From an uncultured delta proteobacterium (GTDB lineage: Bacteria; Myxococcota_A; Polyangia; Palsa-1104), in contig CAWAWS010000015.1 in NCBI GenBank assembly GCA_963785725.1, forward strand, positions 352,001 to 416,000: a stretch of 64,000 nt of DNA, written 5' to 3'. The translations under genes were made by a program, and so were the position numbers. The notes below the pieces were generated by a model that was not told the DNA's origin, ran no database searches, and saw nothing but the letters and a program-made list of their open reading frames with translations. Below, one piece after another: positions 56,861 to 64,000 of the stretch (within the stretch, counting starts at the first letter, position 1; each line of letters starts with the position of its first letter).

Positions 56861-57025
56861 ATGGCCAGCCGAACCAAGCGACGGGTCAAGCAGCGGTCCA
56901 AGGCGCACCGCAAAGTCACGAAGGCGAAGCGTACGCGCAAGAAGAAGGCGCATCCGAAGGTCGGCTACGGCGCCAAGAAGCGTCGCGCGCGCAAAGCGGC
57001 GCGTGTCGCCGCGCGCAAAGCCTAA
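56861..57025 (+). CDS. Very basic small protein (54 aa), absent from ORF track
   Basis: TAAGGAG SD; MASRTKRRVKQRSKAHRKVTKAKRTRKKKAHPKVGYGAKKRRARKAARVAARKA; TATGGT -10-like box at 56831. Confidence 0.75.
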   Translation: MASRTKRRVKQRSKAHRKVTKAKRTRKKKAHPKVGYGAKKRRARKAARVAARKA

Positions 57026-57246
57026 GCGTTACGATCGCCTCGGCTTCGCAGCAGCAGCAGTTGTCGTTGCAGTTGTAGATAGGCTTGCGATGACGGCGCC
57101 GACCGGCGCGCGTCACTTCCGATAGCCGAACGCCGCCGTCGCCGACGAAGAGGTCACGCCTCTTCGTGCGGCGACGTTCGTGCGTTCACGTGCGGCAATC
57201 GCGTCATGCATTGCGCGACGTGCGTGGGCGCGTGCGCGAAGCGGCG

Positions 57247-59104
57247 TTACGGCAGCGGCGGTAGGGCGGCCAGCGACGGCGGCAGCGCGCCGCGCACGAC
57301 GACGAGCGCCGGGCCGTCGTCGAGCGCGGCCAGCCAGCCGGCCGGATCGGCGGCGCTGTCGATGATCGGCCAGGCGCCGAGCAGTCGCGCCTCGCACAGC
57401 CGGTCGGCCAAGATCCGGCGCGGACGGTCGCTCGCGTCGCCGTTGCCTTCGAGCGGCAACAGCGCGACGTCGTAGCCGAAGCGCGCGGCCAAGTCGGCGC
57501 CGAGCGCGGGCAGCGGACCGTCGGTGCACAGGTGTGCCGGCCCGCTCGGCGGCAGCTGATGCGCGCCCTGGCCGTGCACCACCGTCAAACGCGGCGGCGC
57601 GCCGTCGAGGAAGCGAGCCGCCGCCGCGCGCAATCGGAGCCGTCCGTCGCGCGCCCGCGCCAGCCTGAGGCGCGCCAAGATGCCGCGCCCGAGCGCTTCG
57701 TCCCAGCTGTCGTCGTCGGCGGCCGCGCCGTCGTTGAGAGCGCGCGCCAGAATCGCCGCCGGCACGCCGTCGTGACCGAGCAGCCGCGCGCCGTAGACGA
57801 TCGCCAGCGCTCGCTGCGAACGCGGACCCAGCCCCAAGCGCTCGGCCGCCTCCGCCAGCTGCGTGTCCACGAACGTCGGCAGCGGCCGCTTCGTGCGCGG
57901 CTGCGCCAGGAGCTGCTCGGCCCAGTCGCACAGCCGCTCGCGCCACGCGCTGCCCGACGGCCCGGCTTCGGCCGCTTCTTCGTCTTCGCTCAGCTGCGCG
58001 TCGAGCTCCAGCTCTTCGGCGCCGTCGTCGCTGTCGGTCGTATCGAACGCGGCCGCGGCGCTGTCGGCGAGCGGCTCCGGCGCCAGCGCAACCGCGGCGG
58101 CGGCGCGGCCTTCGTGCAAGCGCGCGCGCCAGTCACCGGCCGATGCCGATGCCGGCGCCGCGCGTCGCCGTTCGCTCGGCGGTCGTCGCGGCGGCGCCCG
58201 CGGACGGCTTCATCGCTTCGGCCGCGACGACGCGCGGCAGCGGAATCCACTCCGGCGCGCCGCCGCCGCCCATATGCACGACGAGCATCGGCGGCATGCT
58301 CTCGACGACGCACATCGCCTGCGGCCCGGCCACCTCCAGCTCACGCCGCTCACCGCGCGCGAAGTCGAGCTCGACGAGCTTGGCCGCCGCACCGACGTCG
58401 TTGCGCGTGGCCACGATGAGCCGCGGCGACTCGGGATGGCCGGTCGCGCCCACGACCGGCGTCTCCAGATCGACGCGCGCCTGCAGACGCCCGTCGGAGT
58501 AACGATAGACCTCGATCGCCGCCTGCGCCGTCGTGCCCGCGATCCACAAGACGCGCCGCCGCGACGAGAAGCCGGCCATGGTCGCCGTCGCCATCAGCGG
58601 CAAATTGAGGCGGAAGAGCGCGCGCCGGACCTGCGGATCCCAGCATTCGAGCTGCTGATCGCGACCGCGCGACGCCACCAGCAGCCGCTCTTCGGGCGCC
58701 GCCGTCGCCAACATGACCGGCTCGCGAATGGCGATCGGATCGAGGTAGATGCGGCTCGTGACGAGGACGATGCGCGGCTGCTCGAAGCTCTCGGTGGTCA
58801 CGAGCGCCCGGCTCGGCATGAAGCAGACCGCGCGCAGCCGCTCTTCCAGCTCCAGCTGCGCCACCAGCTCCAGCGCCGGCAGCGAATAGGCCATCAGCGA
58901 CGTGCGACCATCGCCGGGCACGATGGCGAGCAGCTTGTCGCCGACGAAGCCGATCTGCGCGTTGCTGGCCTCGGGCGGCAGCGAGCGCGATGCCAGCTCC
59001 TGCTTCGACACCGCGTCGTAAAGAGTCAGCTTCTCGGCGGCGCAGACGACGTAGGGCTGATCCTCCGCCGCCACCAGCTCCGGCGCTCCCGGCACAAGAC
59101 GCAT
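57247..59104 (-). CDS. Hypothetical protein, probably one gene split by an extra base near 58160 (beta-rich N-half, helical/alpha-beta C-half)
   Basis: ORFs 58133-59104 and 57247-58119 join as ...APASASAGDWRARLHEG... if one base is removed; the second ORF has no convincing start. Confidence 0.55.
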
Positions 59105-59163
59105 CGCTCGTTCATAGCGGAAAAGGCCGGTCGCGAACAGTCGCGCAGTCGCGCAGTCGCGAG

Positions 59164-59718
59164 TTACGGCGAGGTAAACGCGACCGGATCGAAATCCGAC
59201 GACTGCAACAGGCTCGACTCGGCGCCGGTGAAGAAGATGCCGAAGCCGACGTGCGAGCCGTCGACCATCGCGTCGAGGTAGATCGGGTCGGTGGACGAGA
59301 CCATGTCGACGCCGTCGAGCGCGCTGCCGGGCGTGGACTCGAACGTAAAGGAGCTGTTGTCGCTGGCCAGCGTCAGGTTCTCGTCGCCGAAGAAGGGCAG
59401 GAGCTGCGTCGGGTCGAATTGGCCGTCGGTGGAGATGGTGCCGCTGTACTGCGAGGTCGAGCCGCTGAAGTCGCTCCAGGTGACGCGATAGCCGCCGTTG
59501 CCGTTGGCGGTGACGATGAAGCCGCGATCGTTGGCCGGCAGCTCGGACGCGGCGTTGGCGCGCACGCGATAGCCGGGCAGGCCTTGCGCGCCGAGCGGGT
59601 GCGCCTGGTCGAGCACGACGACGCCGCCGTGATCGTGATCGACGAAGCAGCCGGCCGCGGTCAGGCCGAACAGCGTCATGAGCGATAAGGACGAAAGAGA
59701 ACGAAGGGCTAAGCGCAT
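59164..59718 (-). CDS. Hypothetical lipoprotein
   Basis: LTAAGC lipobox; beta-rich globular sequence. Confidence 0.7.
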   Translation of the reverse strand: MRLALRSLSSLSLMTLFGLTAAGCFVDHDHGGVVVLDQAHPLGAQGLPGYRVRANAASELPANDRGFIVTANGNGGYRVTWSDFSGSTSQYSGTISTDGQFDPTQLLPFFGDENLTLASDNSSFTFESTPGSALDGVDMVSSTDPIYLDAMVDGSHVGFGIFFTGAESSLLQSSDFDPVAFTSP

Positions 59719-59762
59719 GGCCGTTATACGCGCGAGCGGCGCGATTTGTTCAATGCGCGCGG

Positions 59763-61131
59763 CTAACGCAGCGAGCCTTCGCGCACGCCGCGGGCGACGA
59801 GGCCGAGCTTTTCCCAGCCTTTACGGCCGAGGCCGATCATCGAGCGCACGCGGCCGGCCAGCGACGGCTCGTTCACGGCGCCGCGCAAGACGGACGACGT
59901 CGACTTGCGCACGACCGTCAGATATTCGCGCAAGAACGCCGGCAAGCGACTCTCGTGACCGGACAGGAGCGCCATCGAGCGGGCGCGCGCCTTCACCGAG
60001 TCGTTCCAATAGCGGAAGATGCCGTCGCGGATGGCGCGCGTGCCGTCTTCGGTGCCGCGGAAGACTTCGTAGAGCGCGTCGGCCAAGAGCTCGCGGGCGC
60101 GCACGAAGCGGTAACGCTCGGTCTGATAGCGCGCCAACGCGCGATCGACGGCGGCGCGATCGTGCAAGTCGACGGTGACGAGCGCGTCGGCGAGCAGCTG
60201 CGTGTCGTTGAGCGCGATGGTCATGCCCGTCGCCGTCAGCGGATGCGAGCAGCCGGCGGCGTCGCCGATGAGCGCCGCGCCCGGCACCGTGCACTCGTCG
60301 GTGTAGATGGCGTAGTTGGCCGCGACCTCGATGTCGCCCGCGTCGAGCGCGCGCAACAAGCGTCGCGCGCACGGCTTCCGGCAGATGCGGCGCGTAGCTG
60401 GCGCGCAGCCGCGCGATCACCGCCTCTTTGCCCTTGTCCATGTCGCACGGCAGGTCGATGCAGGTGCGCGCGTCGCTCTTGCTGATCGGGTAGACGAGGA
60501 TCGGTCCCCACGCGCCCAAGAAGATGTGGCCGTAGCCGGGATTGGGCAGCGGGCAGCTCTCCAGCAGCGCCGCCGCCGTGAACGACAGGAGCGTGGCGCG
60601 CTCGGGGATCTCGGTGAGCGCGCGAATCTTCGAGTGTCGACCGTCGCAGGCGATGACGAGCGGCGCCAAGATCGGTCCGCTCGCGGTCATGACGCCGATG
60701 ACGCGCTCCTGATCGCGCACGAGCTCGGTCACGCGCTCGCCTTGGCGCAGCTCGATGCCCGCTTTGCCCGCCATGCGCGCGCGCAGCGTGTCGACGAGCG
60801 CGTGGTGATCGATGGCGAAGCCGTGCGGCCGCGATCCGCTGATTTCGTCGTACGGCAGCCGCGTCGTCTTGCCGCTCGCCTGCACGCAGGCGAAGCCACG
60901 CACTTCGGCGCCGCCCGCGGTCTTCAGCGCGTCCCAGAAGCCGCGCGCCTCCAACACGTCGACGCCGTGCGGATGAATCAGCTCGCCGTTGAAGCGCGGA
61001 TTCTTGCCCGCGCGCGCCTCGAGCACGAGGATTTTGCGGTCGCCGTCAGCCAGCGCCGTCGCCATCGCGCAACCGGAAAGCCCGCCGCCGACGACGATGA
61101 CGTCGTAACGAGGCGCGTTCTGAATCTGCAT
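59763..61131 (-). CDS. FAD-dependent monooxygenase, squalene epoxidase-like (one extra base near 60358)
   Basis: VVGGGLSG, RFNGELIHPHG, ACDGRHSKIR, GHIFL...PILVYPIS, GDAAGCSHPLTATGMTIALND. Confidence 0.75.
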
Positions 61132-61192
61132 CGGAAAGCGAGGGTACACGCGGCCTTGCGGTCACGCAACGGGCGGGCGATGATGTCGGGCG

Positions 61193-62395
61193 ATGGAGAA
61201 TGTCCCGGCATACAAGGCCAGCTTCCGTGATCTGCCCGCCGACGAGCAGATCCGCTTGGCCTACGAGCACCTCGAGAACCTGCGTCAGGTCAACGCCGGT
61301 TACATCGCGTCACCTTACTCGGGCGAGGCCGGCTATGACCGCTACGACGTCTACTGGTTGCGCGACATCATGTACGCCACCTACGCCTCGGAATATTTGG
61401 GGCTGTACGAGAAGGTCAAGCAGTCGTACGGGCTCGTGCTCACCGTCTTCGAGAAGTTCCACCACAAGATCATCCGCGGCCTGCGCAAGAAGCCGGACCT
61501 GGCGCGCGCCAAAGGCGCCGTCGTGCACGCGCGCGTCCATCCGACGACGCTCGAAGAGATCACCGACGAGTGGGGCCACCATCAGCTCGACATCTTCGGC
61601 CTCTTCTTGTTCAAGACGGGCGACCTGCAGAAGCAGGGTTTTCGCGTCATTCGCTCCAACGAGCACGTGCAGGTCGTCAAAGACATCCTCTCGTATCTGT
61701 GGACCGCGCGTTGGGATTCCGAGCCCGACTACGGCATGTGGGAGGAGGGTCCCGAGCTGCACAGCTCGTCGATCGGCGCCGTCTTGGCCGGCCTGACGAT
61801 GTGGCACGACCACGGCTACTACGATTACAAATACAAAAACCATATCGATATCTCGGAATTGATACCGGTTTCGGAGCGCTTTCTCGAGGACGGCGCGCGC
61901 GCTTTGTCGCGGATTTTGCCGCGCGAGTCGGAGTCGCGTCCGTACGACTTGGCGCAGCTCTCGTTATTGTGGCCGTACAACATCTTGAAGGATCAGTTCG
62001 CGCTGCAGGAGGAGATCCTCGACAACATCGAGAAGCACCTCGTGCGCGCGCATGGCGTCGTCCGCTATCCCGGCGATCGCTACTTCAACTCGAACCAGAA
62101 CGAGCCGTTCGGCAACGAAGCGGAGTGGCCGATTGGCCTGGCGTGGCTGTCGATCGCCTACTCGAAGCTGGTGTTTCAGGCCGAGCGCACGGGCGCGCCG
62201 CGGGCGACGGTCGAGCGCTTCACCGAGCGCGCGCGCATGCATCTGCTGCACTTGGAAGAGGTGGCGACGCCGGACGGCCGCATCGCCGAGCTCTTCACCG
62301 GCGGCAAGGCCAATCACAACCTGCCGCTCGGGTGGGCGCAGTCGCTCTATGTCGTGGCCAAGCTGTCGCTGCGCCGGCTCAACGAGCTGAAGTAA
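61193..62395 (+). CDS. GH15-like protein resembling the phosphorylase-kinase regulatory-subunit domain
   Basis: YWLRD, WGHHQLD, PDYGMWEEG, SSSIG, GVVRYPGDRY, EAEWPIG, LGWAQSL. Confidence 0.78.
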   Translation: MENVPAYKASFRDLPADEQIRLAYEHLENLRQVNAGYIASPYSGEAGYDRYDVYWLRDIMYATYASEYLGLYEKVKQSYGLVLTVFEKFHHKIIRGLRKKPDLARAKGAVVHARVHPTTLEEITDEWGHHQLDIFGLFLFKTGDLQKQGFRVIRSNEHVQVVKDILSYLWTARWDSEPDYGMWEEGPELHSSSIGAVLAGLTMWHDHGYYDYKYKNHIDISELIPVSERFLEDGARALSRILPRESESRPYDLAQLSLLWPYNILKDQFALQEEILDNIEKHLVRAHGVVRYPGDRYFNSNQNEPFGNEAEWPIGLAWLSIAYSKLVFQAERTGAPRATVERFTERARMHLLHLEEVATPDGRIAELFTGGKANHNLPLGWAQSLYVVAKLSLRRLNELK

Positions 62396-62469
62396 GCTTG
62401 TTTAGATAAGGTTGTTGCGATAGGAAGGCGACGCCGGCTCGACCGATGGGCCGAGCCGGCGACGGGGAA

Positions 62470-63063
62470 TTACGGGCAGGTGATGCCGACCTGGGTCACG
62501 GCGACGGCGCAGAAGTGCAGGCCCGGCACCATCGCGCTCGAGCAGCAGCTGGTCTGCAGCGCGCCCAAGACCTTGACGCCGGTGCAGTCGGTGTTCTCGT
62601 GGCACAGGCGCGTCGTGATCGTGGAGAAGTCGCTCGCGGCCGAGAAGTCGCAGGTGCCCGTGCACATGGCGTTGCCGCCGTTCAGCGTCGGCGTGCCGCC
62701 GTCGGGGGTGAGGCCGGACAGGCTGAGCGTGGCGCAGCAATCGGGGCTGGCGCTGGCGCAGTCTTCGGGGCCGTCGCAGGTGAGCGTGGAGCCGGTCGTG
62801 CAGCTGGCGGCCGAGGCGACGCACATCTCGCCGGTGACGGCGTTGTTGGCGGTCGTGAGGCAGCAGTCTTGGCCGACGGGACAGGTGGCGCTGCCGCAGA
62901 CGACGCCGTTGGGCACGCGCGGGCTCATGTCGGGGCCGATCGTCATGTCGGCGCTGGCGGCGCCGCTCATGTCCGCGCCGGTTTTGGTCGCGGTCGTGGT
63001 GTCGTCACCGCAGCCAGCGACGGAGAACAAAGCACAGGACAAAATTAGGATGGTCTGGCGCAT
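62470..63063 (-). CDS. Cys-rich lipoprotein
   Basis: SVAGC lipobox; CG..TC....CC and CDGPEDC...CC motifs. Confidence 0.78.
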   Translation of the reverse strand: MRQTILILSCALFSVAGCGDDTTTATKTGADMSGAASADMTIGPDMSPRVPNGVVCGSATCPVGQDCCLTTANNAVTGEMCVASAASCTTGSTLTCDGPEDCASASPDCCATLSLSGLTPDGGTPTLNGGNAMCTGTCDFSAASDFSTITTRLCHENTDCTGVKVLGALQTSCCSSAMVPGLHFCAVAVTQVGITCP

Positions 63064-63186
63064 GGCGGCATCAGATCACGCGCCGTCGATCGCCGTCAAG
63101 CAGTCGCTTCGGCAGCGCCGATTAAGCAGAAGTTTAATGCTGGCGGATATTCGGCGTGCGGCCGGTACATGCCGGCCGCGGGCGGG

Positions 63187-64000
63187 CTATTTCTTGCGGC
63201 GCAGCAGCTGATTGCCGGGACCCCACGACAAGATGAGGCTGTCGGGGTCGGCGACGTGGCCTTGGTAGCTGTCGAGGCGGCGCAGCGCGTTGTCGCACGG
63301 GCTGCGCATGGCGCGATAGTCGGTCTCGGTCAGCGTCAGCTTGTCGCCGAAGCGCTGGCCGCTCACGTTGTAGCGCGTGGTCGTCTCGTAGCGCGGCTGG
63401 TTGTTGCAGCTGAAGCTGGAGCCGTCGCCGCGCATGCGCGCGACGGTGCGGTCGTAGTAGCCGCTGACGCCGTCGGCGGTCTCGGTGAGGTGCCACTCTT
63501 CGCGCTCGTTGCGCTCGTCGCCTTCGGCGTCGATCGACCGCAATTCCCAGATCCAGACGCCGGCCACGGGCAGCGCCGTCTCCGGCTGCATCGACGCCTG
63601 GCGCACGTCGCCGCCGTCGCCGTTGGGCGCGGCCAGCGGCGTCGGGCCGGCGTCGCTGCGGCGCACCAGCGTCTGGCCGGCTTCGGGACCCCAGCGCAGC
63701 GACAACATCGGGCCGCGGATGACGCCGATGTACGCGACCAAGTTGCGCGCGCCGTCGTCGCAGGGGCCGGGCTTGGCTTCGAAGGCGACCTCGCGCAACG
63801 TCACGTGGTCGCCCTCGACTTGGCCGGCCACGCGCACGCGCGTCGACTTGGTGAAGCCGAGCCGCTGATTGCAGCGAAAGAGGCGCTCGTCGACGGACAT
63901 CATGGTGACCGCGCGATCGTAGTAGCCCTCGACGCGCTGGCCTTTTTGCACGAGGTGCCACTCCTCCTGCTCGACGCGCATGTCGCCTTGGTCGTCGGTG
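63187..64000 (-). CDS. Hypothetical protein with duplicated ~120-aa domain (5' end outside window)
   Basis: EQEEWHL...GYYDR...FRCNQ...PCD...LRWGP repeated as EREEWHL...GYYDR...FSCNN...PCD...LSWGP. Confidence 0.75.
   Translation of the reverse strand, partial: TDDQGDMRVEQEEWHLVQKGQRVEGYYDRAVTMMSVDERLFRCNQRLGFTKSTRVRVAGQVEGDHVTLREVAFEAKPGPCDDGARNLVAYIGVIRGPMLSLRWGPEAGQTLVRRSDAGPTPLAAPNGDGGDVRQASMQPETALPVAGVWIWELRSIDAEGDERNEREEWHLTETADGVSGYYDRTVARMRGDGSSFSCNNQPRYETTTRYNVSGQRFGDKLTLTETDYRAMRSPCDNALRRLDSYQGHVADPDSLILSWGPGNQLLRRKK

Overview
High-GC (roughly 70% by eye) bacterial chromosomal window, most consistent with a Myxococcota/Polyangia-like organism. That assignment is an inference from the Cys-rich lipoproteins, Ser/Thr kinase-ATPase, many PilZ proteins and a squalene-epoxidase homologue. 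Content is mainly housekeeping: pssA, an Fpg-family glycosylase, proC/yggU, maf-yggS, recD2, yebC-ruvCAB, gap-pgk-tpiA-secG, class II ribonucleotide reductase, hrpB, nadA and GH15-zwf-opcA-pgl, interspersed with secreted or lipoprotein genes. No rRNA, tRNA, transposase, integrase or cas gene was recognised. Main points of interest: (1) a three-gene flavo/Fe-S amino-acid dehydrogenase resembling the Thermococcales dye-linked L-proline dehydrogenase, placed between proC and a monofunctional P5C dehydrogenase; (2) a cas-less array of about 15 palindromic 28-nt cores with variable spacers, preceded by a 19-bp minisatellite, just after ruvB, plus a second 75-bp array nearby; (3) a pervasive leaderless-promoter pattern; (4) an adenylation-fold protein lacking its catalytic motifs; (5) very basic small proteins, one absent from the ORF track. 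Eight single-base insertions split genes, including pgk three times, and are best read as sequencing errors. All family assignments come from motif recognition by eye, not database searches.
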